From Geosiphon pyriformis uo1 (Eukaryota; Fungi; Glomeromycota): a DNA stretch of 64,000 nucleotides. The notes below the pieces were generated by a model. The model made no database searches, was not told the origin of the DNA, and worked only from the letters and a program-made list of their open reading frames with translations. This document shows positions 50,480 to 64,000 of this stretch, piece by piece (the stretch's first letter is position 1; every line of letters begins with the position of its first letter). Location: positions 302,544-366,543 of the forward strand of contig JAAOMT010000590.1 in the NCBI GenBank assembly GCA_016748015.1, written 5' to 3'. Both the position numbers and the translations under genes were made by a program.

Positions 50480-53400
50480 TTTCTTTCTTATCTCCAAAAA
50501 TGCTCAAAGAGCATATTTTCTGAAAAAGAAGTTTTTTATTTTTTTTTTGTTAGTTTATATCAATATTTCTTTACTTAATAACCAATTTTTCGTGAATTTA
50601 AAGACTATTACAAATAGTTTCATGTCTAAAAAAAAAGTTTTTAAAGGTGTCTTTTATGGTCCTACTGATGGTTTTTTTTTCCAAAAGAAAAAAGTTGTTC
50701 TTAAAAATGTCAAACACTTTAGTGATGAAAAGAATATCTCTTTGAGTAAATTTGGGCCTGGTGATAGTGTGTATTCTAATATGAATAGTCTGTTTGGTGA
50801 TAATAAAGATGTTAGCATAACTGATGTAAATGGTGGGTCTTTTCTGGACTTGGCTGTTACCACTTCTAAGGTAAAACATGTCAATACTGGTGCTGTTTTT
50901 GGCTCTCCACTCAGTTCTCCCAATTTTACTATGAATAACAATAAAATTGTTTTTTCTCCTCACTTGCCCATTTCTCTGGACAAAAGATGGATTAATTTAA
51001 AGATCATCAAAACTCCAGTGGAAGTGTTAATTAAGAAGTTGTTTGCTTTGGATATTAATTTTTCAGCAATGGAAAGCAAATTTGCCACAGCAAAAATCCA
51101 ATTTATCAGAAAATTATTTTTATCAATCAATGGTTTTGGGAGGGGGCTACTACTTCCTCAAAATTTGAAGGGATCATCAGATCTTTCTTTATTTCAAAGA
51201 TCAGCATAAAAAAAGCTGCTTTATTGGCCAAAAAGAATAAGATTATTACAAATGTTAATATTAAGAAATAAAGAATGTGTTCAAATTAGGCTGTGGTCAT
51301 TAAAAAAATTTTCATGAACATGCCAAAAGAAATGATCATTGCTATAGTGTCTGAATTTGGTAAAATTAAATTAATCAAAATTTAGTTAATTAGAATATGG
51401 CAGAAGGCTGTGGTGGAATTTGCTGAATTGGGTTAGGCTAAACAATTGGCTGCTAAATGGTCTTTCTTGATTGAGAAAAATTTAATATGTGTGGCTATAG
51501 CTATGAGAGATTATAACACCTGAGCATCAAAGAATCAGTTTAGAACTCTATTATTTACTTTGCTTATGAGAACAACTGCTTATAATTTGAGCACTCTTTT
51601 GGAAGGAATTGGTAGAAAAACTTGTATTATCAATCAATCATTAGATACTGGCAATAGAATTTGCTGTGCTGTAATTGGCTTTGAATCTGAAAAAAATTTA
51701 AAATCTGCATATTGCATTGAATTATTATTTGGAAGTGTTAAACTTTTTTGGGCAAGAATAGATTTGATTCAATGTGAAAGATATAGAAAATTTGGTTATT
51801 CTGTATTGGAGTACAATGTACCAATTACATTCACTTTTATGCTTTCAAAGACTATTAAAAAGATTGTTTTAGGAGAATGTTATTTTTAGCTGGCTAAATT
51901 ATATGTGAAAAAGAGTGTTCTTATTTTCCATTTTGCTGCTTTTGGTGGTAAGTCTTGGGTACAGATAGTGTTACTTGCTTTTTCTTCTGGTGGTTTTCAT
52001 GTCAGTTTCAGTTCTAAGTCTGGTTTTTTTTCTTCTGGTGTTTTAAGTAATAAGAGAAATTTATTGGTTGTTTAAAGTGGCTTTTTAATTAATAACTATT
52101 TGGCTTTACTGAAATGCTTCTTGAAATTGCTGGCTAATCAAGTATTAAGCATTGTGTGCAGATTGAATGGTGTAGAGCTGGTGCTTCTGGTGTCTGTTTC
52201 CTAAGTTATGCTTCTAGTTACTCCTATTTCTATGTTGTCAATGTTAGATGCTAACATGATTCTAGACATTCTATGGTCTTTTTTTTTTTTTTTTTTTTTT
52301 TCTAGTGTTAAAAAACAAGTTTGTAAATTTAAGTTTGAGTAGTTTAAAGGTTTTTACTTCCAAGTTTGGTGGTTTGGAATCTATAATGGTGGCTCTTGAA
52401 GTTTCTATTGGCTCAATTTTGGGGAAGTTAAATCTGTTGTATATAAATTTAGATTTTTTAGTGTATTATTTACATCAATAAGTAAGCTTATTTGAAGGGT
52501 AGCTACATACAATATTAAAAGTATGTTAAATTTAACTAAACAGGAAGACATTGTTTATTAGCATAAGAATTCGAATAACATAATTTCTATTGTTATTGAA
52601 ACAAAATTGAAGTTTAATATTAGGTCTTGAATCATGAATAAATTTGATAAAGTCCAAGTTTTTACTACTGGTTTAGATGCTGGTTTTTGTGGTGCTAGAG
52701 TTGCTATAATTATGGACAATTTTCAGACTTGACATGTGTTAAAAGTGAATAAGATTCTTGGTTGTTTGATTTCTGTACATTTTTTGTTTAAAAACAAGTT
52801 TTTAGTTACAATTTTGGACTTTTATGCTAAAGCATCTATTGGTATGTGTTTTGGTTGAGCTGCAAATATCAACTCTATGATTTCTAAGTTAGTCAATTCT
52901 AGCTTTTTTGTGATTTTGGGTGGTAATTTTAATGAGAATAGATCTAAAAAGAGTCCAAGTTTCAAGTTCTGTTTGGGTTTAAGCCTGGTTAATACTTTCA
53001 ATATATATTTGCTGGCCAAAGCTTCTACTTAAAATAATTTAAGGAGTGTTGAAAAAATAATTGATTTTATTTTTGTGAATAGAAATTTGGCATCCACATT
53101 TACATTACATAAAGTTGATAATATGTCAGAATTTTTTAATATAGATTATAAGACAGTTTTGCTCTCAGTTAGTTTAAATAGACTTCTGGATGTTCATCTT
53201 AATAGCACTTATAAGCAGGCCAATCAGAACCAGTAGAAGTTTAAGTTAGAAAATGCAGACAAGGCCCAGTAGTTGTATTTTAAGGAACATTCTTCTATTG
53301 AACTATTAATAAGATTAAATGTGTTTGAGATTGCAAAAAACAAAAGTAACTTGAATATGATGTAGAAAGTATTGGAGAAATCTATGGTGTAAGCTGCTAA

Positions 53401-56400
53401 TGAGATGTTTTCTAAAGTATAATATAGTAAGTATAATTGTTCATAGAACAAACAATCTTCAAAATTTTTTAAATTAAAGCAGCTTGTTGCTAAAATTGTG
53501 AAATGTTAGAATTTTGGAAATTTTTTAAATTTTGATTGTCTTGTCAAAACTTGAATAACTATTGATAAAATTGAAGCATCTAAGATTAATAGCATAGTAC
53601 TAAATAGTATAAATTTAATGGATTTGGTCAAACATTTATTAGTGGTAAGAAAGAGATATCAGAAGTCTAAATACTATGAATCGAAAACTGTTAAAAATAT
53701 GGCTATTAGAAAGACAATTAACTGTCATATAGAAAACTTCTGTTCTGATAAGGAATGAATGATAAAAAGTGTTTTGGAATGTCTATTTTGCAAAGTTGTT
53801 TTGAATTATTTGGTGGTAGATGATGAGTTGATGGTTGAGTCTGCTAAGATAAAACTTAAGGTGGATGAGATTATAGAAGAATGGATGAGAAAATAGTTGG
53901 TGCTTCTAAAGGTGTTTGAACTTTGGTCTTATCAATATATGCCTCTGGATTATGTAGATAATGATGTCTTTTCAAATGTTATGAAGAAGATTGATTTGAG
54001 GGAGTTGTCTTCAGTTATTAGTAATTTGCCAAATAATAAAACTGCTGGATTGTCAGAGATTCCTAATGAGCTTTGAAAATATTGTGAAGATAAGATGTTG
54101 GTACATCTTTTGGGGTTGTTAAATTTGTGTTTAACTTTGAATGTAGTTTTGTTCTCTAAAAAAAACATAGGTTTTAATGATCTCTAAGTCTTATAAGTGG
54201 AATGGAGTATTAACAAATACCAGGCCTATTATATTAATTAAGACAGTTTATAAAATTTTATCTAAAATTCTCTTTGATCAAATATTGTTGGTTTGTAGCA
54301 AATTTGATGTTCTTTATAGTAATAATTTTTTAGTGTTAAAAGGCACTTTAACTCAGTCTCCTATTTTTGTCATTAAATTAATTGTTGAGGATGTATTGGA
54401 AAAGAACAGAGAGCTATAGTTGATATTACAGGATATGTACAAAGCTTATAATTCTGTGAACTGGGATTACTTGAAGGCTAATTTGCATTGCATCAAAATG
54501 TGCAGTCAGTTTATCAGGTTTTTTGGCACCATTTATGAGGATCAGTTCAATAGAGTGATGACAGATTTTGGACTTTCAAATAGTTATAAGATTTATGATG
54601 GTCTGAATTAAGATAAGGTATTCTTCCCACTTCTTTGGAAAATTTTCTACAACCCACTTTTGTGCAAAGTAAAGAGATATGAGCACTTGTGTGAATACAG
54701 AATTGACACTAAATTTGTGGCTAAGTCTGATCAAATTGAGGCTATTGGAGGAAAAACTTCCTTTTTTGCTGCTGGTGTCTTTGTTGATAATACAATTTGG
54801 GTCAAAAGTTATTAGGCTTCTGCACAGTACATTTTGAATATTGTTAATAAGTTTTTTATTATCAATAATATTTTGATTAATAATAACAAAATGGTGGCTA
54901 TTTTTATTAATCAAGATGTCAAATCTGCCTTGCTTTTAATTAATGGTTTGCCAATTTTAATTGCTAAAAAAGATGAATTACACTATTACTTAGGCATTTT
55001 TCTGTTTATTGAGGGTCTTTTTAAGTTCAATTTGGCTCAGACTTATATGGATGTTAGGTTTTTTTTTAATGTGGTACTTAGAAAGGCAATTACAGACAAA
55101 CAATTTTCTTACTTAGTTTCAGCTGTTTTATAGCTCATAGTTAGTTATTGGACTTAGTTTAATTTTGTCTCTTTAAGTGTGTATTGCAAATAGGATGTTA
55201 TAATCAAAAAGAGTTTTAAGTTAAAAGCTGGTCTGTTATACAATTTTTCCAATAAGGTTTTGCATTATTCTTCTTTATATGGTCTGAAACCTTTTGAACA
55301 AGTACAATCTGAGGAGAAATTGGCTTTACTGGTTTCTTTTTCCAATGTCTGTGGTATTTTTGGGCAGTTGTTTGAGCATAAATTTTTGAATTTACAAGTT
55401 TTGAAGTGGTCCCTTTTGAATTCTTTGCAATTTTCTGTTAGGTTGCATATTAGCTCAGTAAATAATTTTTTGGCTGGTATAGTAAAAATTCTTTTGGAAA
55501 ATGAGTTGTCTTTGACAAAAAATTTGCTTAGTGCTTTTTGAGAGTTTGGCAGATTTTCTAATGTCTGGTATTTTGGGAAAATCCTTATATTATGACTCAG
55601 TTTTTTCTTTGAAACAGTTTAGAGTTGCATTTGGTAACAGATTTTTGGACAAAAAAAAGAAGGTAATAGACTAAAAAACAATTTGGGAGTGGAAAAAGTT
55701 GGATCTAAGAGACTCTGTTTTTTATTGATTTGTATTGACTTTTGAATTTATGTGCAATAATGTTCTTTTGAAGATCAAATCTGCTATTAACTTTAGATTT
55801 TCTGTGTTGAATGTTTTGAATTCTGAGAAGTTCTTTGTTGTGCATGATAGTTTGTTAGAAATTTGGTCAGATTGTATAGAGGTTTATACAGATAAGTCCT
55901 TGAAAGATACTGGTTCCGCTAATATAGCAAGTAGAACAGTGGCTTATTTTTTGGCTGCAGACATGAGTATTGAAGTTAAAGTGTCTGGACTTCTGTCTTC
56001 TATTTTGGCTAAGTTGCAAGCTGTTGCTTTGGCTTTGAAGTGTGTTCTGTCATCTTGTGCTGTGGTTTTTTATTTAGATAGCCAATCTGTAATTAATGCT
56101 TATGTATTTGAGATTTTATCTGTTGTGCTTGACTTCTGTAATCAATGTTGGATTGAAAAATTGCATATAGTCAATCTAATTAGAAATAAAAACATTTTGG
56201 TTAATTGGATGAAAGTTAAAGATTATTCAAGAATTTTGGGCAATATTAGGACTAATATGTTGACTGGTAAGACCACTTTTTCTTTTTTTTCTCTGCCAGT
56301 TGGGATTTAAGAATAGTTTTTGGTTGCTAAAAGTAGTGCTGTTTCTGGTAATGCTTATTACTTTGTCCATGATTTATACCAGTCAATTTGTTGTATTCAT

Positions 56401-57306
56401 TGAGAAACTGGTCCTGGTTATAATATAATTCTGAGTACTATAATTAAAGAAATTGACTAAACTGTTATTGTGAAGATTTGACAATTTAATTTGCACATGC
56501 TATTGGAATTTACTAGTAGAAAGTTGGCTAATTTGCACACCTATTTGATGAAAGCAGTACATAAATGGCTGCTGATAGTGATTAGAAAGAGATTGTATAA
56601 CAAAACTTATTCTGGGGTGCTGTGCTTGCTATGTGGTAAGATGAAGTTGTTTGATTATGTTTTTACTTGTTCTGGTAATATTTGTCTCTGTAAGAACATC
56701 TTGGCAAAGACTGCTATAAGATGAACATCTTTGATGAGTCTTTTTTGCTTATTTATTTCAGCTGTTTTGCATTCACTTTTAATGTGTTTTTTGGATGTAG
56801 GTCTTTATGCTGCAATTTGCAAAAGTTTTGTGTTGAGTAATTGGTTCACTGAAGCTGTTCTGGTTTTTGAAGGAAAGAAAAAAGCTGCTTTGGCTTTTAT
56901 TGAATACATTAAGTTTGTGGTAGAATTATATTACACCAAGGTGTAGATTATAAAGTTCAAACATAAAGTAGATATAGAAAAGGCTGGTCTGGTCAGTGAT
57001 AATGGTTTGGTTGTGAGTTTGTCTTGTTATATGGTGTCTTTGTTGTTAAATGGAGTGGTTTACATGCTTAGTATTATAGAATCTTTTACTGTTAGTTTTG
57101 GTAGACATAAGATGTGTTGTTTTTTTTTCAAATTTAGATAGTAATGTATTTGTAAACATAAGTATATAGTGTTGTCTTGTCTGGCCCAAGTGGTTAGCTA
57201 TATGTAGTAAGTACATAAGTTGTATTTAGATTATTTCACTTAGTTTGGTTTTATGTACTAAATAGCAGTTGGGTTTTACTTATTAATCTTATAATAATAA
57301 AAATAA
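50480..57306 (+). mobile_element. LINE copy L3, full-length decayed (ORF1 50622-52481; ORF2 52478-57169)
   Basis: ORF1 RRM-like segments and decayed knuckle. APE ETKL, GGNFN, IDFIFV. RT TNTRPIILI and AGVFVDNTIW. RNase H VYTDKSL...YLDSQSVIN. CLLCGKMKLFDY. Shared 3'UTR and A-rich tail. Confidence 0.92.
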
Positions 57307-57559
57307 GATATCTTTAATTATAAAAAACATTTTAAATATTATTTTAAAATATTAATTCTATTTTATATTTAAGTATTATAATAATAAAACTTATATTAAT
57401 CTATTATTGTTTGCTTTATTTATAAATTTATTATTTTATTAATATAATTCTAAAAATTATAACATATTAATTGTTGTAAATAATATATTTTACTTAATCT
57501 TAATTACAAATATTAAATAATTGCTTAAAAACTTAATAAGTATTACTATAATAATTGTT

Positions 57560-57965
57560 ATAATTATTCAAAGTAAAATAAAATATTATTGTTATATTGA
57601 TTTTTAAAACTATTTAAAAGTAAGTAAATTTGATTATTATTGTCATTTTAATTTTTATAATTATCTAAAAATAAATGAATTTAATTAATATGTTTGTATT
57701 AATTGTTGTAACTATTTAAAAATAAGTAAAATAAATACTATTATTATATTAATTACTAAGACTATTTAAAAATAGATAAATTCAATTATTATTACTGGAT
57801 TAATTATTGAAGCTATTAAGAAATAAATAAACTGAATTATTATTATTGTGTTAATTGTCAAAGCTGTTTAAAAGTAAGTAAATCTGATTATTATTATTAT
57901 TATATTTATTATTAAGAGTGTTCAAAGATAAGTAAATTTAAATATTATTGTTATATTAATTGCTA
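57560..57965. repeat. Degenerate tandem repeat, 51-bp period, 7-8 units
   Basis: A TAAAAGTAAGTAAAT-like anchor recurs at 57615, 57666, 57717, 57767, 57818, 57869 and 57923. Confidence 0.75.
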
Positions 57966-60123
57966 TATTACTAATTTATGAATAAAATTCATTGAAATTA
58001 TAAACAATATAATAATTAATAAATTTGTAAAACATATTAGTAAGTGTTTTTAAAATAAAAAAATAAATTGTTAATTATTTTTATTAGCTATAGTATTTGT
58101 ATGATTAATATAAATGTTTTTGTATTTGGAAAACTTGACAATATAATACTGTCCTATCTTCTATATAATTATACAAGTATATAAAAAATTAAATTAACAG
58201 TCTTTATTATTGATCATTAGTTATAGATAAAAGTAAGCAAAAGACAAAAAGTGTAAAATATATTATCAAAAATTAGGTTTTTTTTACTAAAAATTTGTTA
58301 TTTTCTGTACTTAAAATTTTACAGTTTATATAATTTTATTTACAAAAATAATATTGAAAAAAGTTTCTTATTATTAATAAAGTATTATAAAACTTATTAT
58401 TATTAATTTATTAAGCTGTAATATATTTTAAAAGAGTAATAATTCAAAATAAATTAACAATAAAAAATAATAAAATTAATTTTTTATTAAAAATACAATT
58501 ACATGAATTCAAATATACTGTAAATAATAATAAAAATCTAATGTGATTTTAATTATAAAATATTGAATATATTAAATTAAAATCTTTATTTTTATAATTT
58601 GAAATGTTTTTTATAATTTAAAGCACTTTATATATTTAATTAAATATAAAATATTTTAAATAATATTTAAACCAAAATAATGTTTAAAACATAACAGATA
58701 CATTAATATATTACAAAAACAAAATATATTAAAAAATGTATAAACCAAAAACTATTGTTTTATTTTCATAAATATGCCAAAAAATGTAAATTAAAAATAA
58801 GCAGCAATTTCTTTAAAGATTAAAAAAGTTTTTTGTTAGTATAAATTAGAATATTTTTATTACTTAACAAATAGATTAATCAAAATATTTAATTTAAAAG
58901 TTAATTATTCTACTATAACAAAAATACTTGTAAAATTAAACTGATAAATTGAAAAGAATATATTTAACAACTTTGGTTAATTGACAAAAAACAAAAAAGA
59001 AATATTTGTAAAGATAAATAATATATTAAAAGAATAAATATTTAAAACATTAGCTACTAACTGCTTTTTATTGAAAATTTTTTATAAATAAAAGCACTTA
59101 AGTTTGCCCAAAAGTTTTTAGAAAAAAATAATTTTAAAACATCAAATAATTAGTTAAGAAAGTTTAAAAAATGGTATAATTTACATCATATTAAAATATA
59201 TGGCAAAACAAACAATATTCTTTTAAAAATTTTACCAAAAAAATAAAAACAACTATACAAAATTATCAGCAAATATGACTTAAACAATATTTATAATATT
59301 AAAAAAATAATATTATTTTTTAGAATACTACTAAATACAACTTTGATAAAAAGACTTATTATTAATATCAAGTATAATAAAAGTCGAATTATTATATTTT
59401 TTGTTTATAATACAACAAACAGCATTAAGTTATAGTCTTTAGTTATTGGTAAAGCTACAAAGTTAAAAATTTTTCGTAATATTAATAAGATATACTTTTA
59501 ATTACTTATTGTTACAATACAAAAACATAAATGTAAACAGATATTTTTAGTGAATAACTTAATTTATTAAATAAAAAAATGCATTATAAGAATAAAAAAA
59601 ATTTGTTATTATTTAATAATACAGGTTTTTATAATAAAAAATCTTTTATATTATCTAATATTATGATTAAATATTTACTATTTAACACAATATTTTATTT
59701 GTAACTATTAAATATAAAAATTATTGTATCTTTTAAAAATATAAATACTGAAAATTGTTTTTTTTATTTTATTAATTAATATAATAATAAAATTTTAATA
59801 TTAACAATAATATTAAAAAATATAATTATTTTTTAATTAATATATAATTAATAGTAATAATAATTACAATTTAAAACTGTTAGCATTATACAAAAATTTT
59901 AGATAATAAGTAAATATTAGTTTATCTATTAAATATTGAACAAAAATTTTTACAAAAAATACAAATTCTTATTAAAAATATTAATATTAACAAACTATTA
60001 ACAATAAATTTCATTAATATTAACAAGTTTAAATTATTGTTTACTTATATCTTAGAGAATAAAATTATAGATTTTATTAACAACAAATATAATAAAAATT
60101 CTAATACAGATAAAAAAAAATAA

Positions 60124-61309
60124 ATACTTTTTGTCTCCTTAATTTTATGACTATGACCAAAACAAAAAGTAAAAAAGCTGCACCTAATATCTGTTCTAAG
60201 ATATCTAATAAAATTTCAACCAAAAAAGCATTCTTTGTTGTAAAAGCAACTAGGCAGAACGTTTTAGAAGCCTTCTTTTTACCCAGTAATCGTAATAAGC
60301 TGTTTTTGGTAACCACTGAAGCAACTTTCTTATTTTTGGCTGGTTTCTCACCAGTCAAAGTTCCCTCAAAGAGACACACTTGGGTTAGTCCTAGTGTTGT
60401 CTTCACTCCTACTAAGAGCCCAAAAGTGTTTAATAATAGACCAGTTAACAAGTTGGTTTTTTCTTTTATGGCTTCTACATCTGGTACTGCTAGCACCTTC
60501 TCTTCAAAAAAAATGGTCAAAAAGACCAAAAGTTCAGAAAAGTGAAAACAATTGCTTACCTCTACTATTGTTACATCAAACCCCTTTGTGGTTCCTAATG
60601 AGATCTTAAATGAGATCTCCATAGCATCATCCAACATGTCATCCAAGATAGACCAAGATCAACCACTGGCTGTGTTGCCAAATGTGGGTTATCTGTTCTT
60701 GAAAACTGGGCTGATCAAATGGAAACTGAATTATTTTCTCTTTTAGTTTCTGGTGCTACTTTTGGTGGTGCTTGGGAAACTATTACTAGTCATTAAAAGT
60801 TTGCTGGGTGAGTGGCCTCTGTTTTAGTACTTAGTGCTATTTTTAAGATCAAATTGGCTTATATTAAGACTGTTTTTCAATTAGTACATGGTTTCTTGGG
60901 TGCAAAGTTAGTATTAAAAGACAATATGAAGCTGTTTTGTGTGGAGTTTGCTTCTCATGTGTCTTTAGAAACTGTATTTTTGGTTAAGCTTACAAGCTCT
61001 GTACATTTGGCCACTCTCAAAATTGCCAAATTTTTGGTTGTTTCTGAGTCTGGTTCTCTTTCTGCTGTTGTTGTGCTGTGTAATATGCTTTTGGATATGT
61101 CTACTGCTAACATTAAGACAGCTCTTAGTGTTTTTGGTGTGATTACTCATGTTATGCTAAAGTCTACTGGTATTTGGCAGTATATTGTGGTCCATTTTAA
61201 GAATTTGGTTGCTGCTGTGTCTGCTTTCAATTACTGGTCAGTTTTGGTGGGCAAGGATAGTATTTGAATTCTTCTTATTGTGAATCAACAAGAAACAATT
61301 GTGTCTCGT
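60124..61309 (+). mobile_element. ORF1-only family element, copy 2, 5' part; interrupted by B2
   Basis: Colinear with 46479-47720, with a ~55-nt deletion near 60685; same ATACT.TTTGTCT.CTTAATTTT-ATG leader. Confidence 0.85.
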
Positions 61310-64000
61310 TGTTACGGGATGGTTTTCTTGTTATATTTAATTGCTGATATCCCGCTTTAATTGCAATCAGTCTTTCGTGAGTTCCTCAATTCTATTTGTG
61401 TGATAAGGTCACTTGTTACACTGAAGGCTTTCTTTTTACTGTTGCGATGTAAGTTATTCTTTAATTCTTGATTGTTGTGTGTGTTTATGTACTCCTTCTC
61501 AGAGGCTGAACTGAAATCTACCCACTGTCTGGGGTCTTCTCTGAGGCTATCCTTGCAATTGCNNNNNNNNNNNNNNNNNNNNTTGGTCTTCCGGATAACG
61601 TAGATCGAATCCGGCGTTGGTTGGATGGGCTCTTTCGGGTATTATTCCTAAGTGCCCGTTGTCGAAGTATCGGATGTCAGTCACCTGTTCTAGGTCGGTA
61701 TAGGCTACAAATTTTTCTGACTCGGGACCGTCAGGTGAGTCTTGTTGATTTATTGATTGATTTTGAGACTGCTGATTCTCAATTTCCATTTTTCTTTCTA
61801 AGTCCCTTTCGTCTTGACACTCTTCACAGCACTGACTTTGACACGGGATGAGACAGTTTTCGCAGAGGTAAGTGTTGATTTGGGCGAGGTATTGTTCTTG
61901 CTCTTGTCGAGTGGGGCATAGTTGTTGGTAGTAGTCCTGGAATTCGTCCACTGGGTCGAACATGTTGTAGCTGGCGACTTCGTCGGCTACTTCGGCTGAC
62001 TCTTTCCAACGTCGTATTTCTTCGGCGGTTCCTCCTCTTACTTTGGCTTGTGCGGTGTTGTACAACTCGTCCTCGTCATGTGGGTAGTGCTGTAGTCTTT
62101 TTAACGCTCTGTTGAACGCTGCTTCGAACGGCGTTCCTCCTCTTACCCAGTCACAGATGAGGATCGTGTATTGGCAAGTTGCGTCACACGTTCCTCCTCT
62201 GCCTGGTAAGTCGTTCCAGTCGCACCCTCTTGGTAACGGTTCTCCACAAGTGAGGCACGGTTCCTCGTCCCATTTTCCGTGTCTTTCTGGGTAACCGTAT
62301 TTTTTCTTTGTTACAACGGTTACAATAGTAGTGGGTGGGGTTTCTTGGGTCTTCGTCCGGTGCGCTGCACGCAGTCATAGACGAGAGTTTCTTCTTGCAA
62401 ACCGAGCATTCTAGCTTTGGTCTGCGTCGCTGGTGGTTTCTTCGTGAACTTACCTGGTTCCATTCGGATCTTTCTTCGCTGGTCCACGTTGGTACGGCTG
62501 GTAGTCCTGTTCTTTGGTCATCAGCCCAAGAGAGCTGATAGGTTTCGATGGCTGGTAGTGCTGGATTTTCCTCAAATTCGAAGGTAGGTCTTTGGTTGGC
62601 GCTGGGTTTTTGGAAGTGGCCACAGGTGGCTGGAATTTTGGCCTGGTGGCCATTATAATTGATCAGAAGCTCTTGGGTGGTCCAGTCTAGGGTGGCGTTG
62701 GCTTTTGTTAGCCAGTCATTCCCTACTAACGCTTGATATTGTGTAGCGTCCATTACTAATACTTTTGTAGGTATTACTATGCCGTTAATTTCGAAAGGGA
62801 ATGAGTCGATTTCGCCATAAGGCAGCTTTGTACTTCTATCGGCTGTTATGATTTGGGACGTCGCGGCACGATCAACTTTGAAACCCAGTTGGTTTACTAG
62901 TTGAAGCGTTACGATGCTTCCAGCGGATCCGCTGTCTAAGATAAGTTTGATTGGGGTATTGTTTACAGTGGCTTCCGTATACATAGCAGTGATTGGGCGT
63001 TTTTTGTCCAATGCTGCTCCACTGAACATAGCCTCGTTTTCCTCTAATTCAAAAGAAAAAATAGCTGCGAGGCTGCTATCTTCGGTGGCAACTGCTGGTG
63101 GNNNNNNNNNNNNNNNNNNNNATTTGGAGGAATTCTTGGTTCTGTTTATGTTTCTACCGTCATTGTTTCCGATGATCAGGTTTTCCGGTATATTAAGGTA
63201 AGTTTGTTGATAATTTTGGTAGTTTGGATTGGTTTGCTGATTGGTTCCGGCGCGGTTTGGATTCCTCTGGACCAACGCGTTCTGGTTCCACATGGGCTGA
63301 TTTCGGGCCTCGGGACGCCAATTCGGGTTGGCTATCATGGGCTGTTGCTGGTAAGCTCCTTGATTTTGATACGTGGTGGGATATTGGCGTGGTATTGGTG
63401 TGTACTGGTTTCTGGGCATTTGGGATGGCGTGTAGTAATTATTTTCGCATGCTTCCTGCATCATTTGCATTCGACATTGACTAATCAAATGTCCTATGCA
63501 TTTGCAAAAATGGCAGGCGCATGTTTCTGTTCTGAATTTCTGGCACGACGAGCGATTATTTCGACTGTCACTGACTTCCTGGCTGCATCTTTGGGGTGGT
63601 TGGTATGTATTTTTTCTCAGATCCAGAATGAGGTAACTTTCTATTTTCTTAGAGAGTTCCTCCCCTAATCGCGTTACTCTTTTCTCTAATGTTTCTGTCT
63701 TATTTTCCTCCATTACCATGTTAACCATTTGACTATGGTTAGCTTCTTTCTCAGCCAATTCAAGGGCTCTGGCGAGCGTAACGGCTTCTGGTAAGGAATT
63801 AGGGTGGGCAGGGCGTACTCTTCCTAAAATGCTGCTTTTTAATCCTCTAATAAACTGATTTAAAACCTGAGGATCAGTGTAGTATCCTTGTTCAATCGCT
63901 TCAATCTGACGGCGAATTCGATTGAATCGAGCAAGGTATTGGGTGACAGTTTCACCGGTATTTTGCTTGATAGTATTGAATTCGTTCTGTAGTTGGATTA
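61310..64000 (-). mobile_element. Young family-B LTR element (B2): end of 3' LTR (61310-61562), gap, dUTPase start, Cys-rich domain, protease, gag; runs off the window
   Basis: TGTTACGGGATGG is the reverse complement of the B LTR end. The 524-aa ORF at 62184-63758 carries CHFCKCIGHLISQC and LILDSGSAGS in one frame. NAGFDL at ~61600-61620. Confidence 0.92.

Noticed and set aside
62290-62310. Programmed frameshift in B2
   Set aside because: B2 has one extra base in a homopolymer relative to B1 (12256-12260), where the frame is continuous; this is a private indel or sequencing error.

Overview
This window is AT-rich eukaryotic DNA with several N-gaps and no recognisable host gene. It is probably from a Glomeromycotina/Geosiphon-like fungus, which I infer from composition and protein style only. 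It is a nest of retroelements. (1) Non-LTR LINEs encode ORF1 (RRM-like plus CCHC) and ORF2 (APE endonuclease, RT, RNase H, CCHC): two full-length decayed copies, two interrupted or partial copies, and two copies of an ORF1-only non-autonomous derivative, one of which keeps the LINE 3' tail. (2) Ty3/Gypsy-type LTR retrotransposons of three LTR families, here called A/D, B and C, all have TGTTAC...GTAACA ends and 4-bp target duplications. They are nested up to four layers deep (LINE > D > C > B LTR). The LTR lineage has an unusual layout seen in more than one family. One ORF starts at a conserved AAA-GTG codon and encodes a 240-300 aa AUG-depleted extension, then capsid, Zn knuckle, protease, a multi-CxxC domain, dUTPase, RT and RNase H. 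A conserved stop follows RNase H, integrase is a separate ATG-started ORF, and a third unknown ORF lies in the env position. All copies carry C>T/G>A transitions, with the oldest most degraded.
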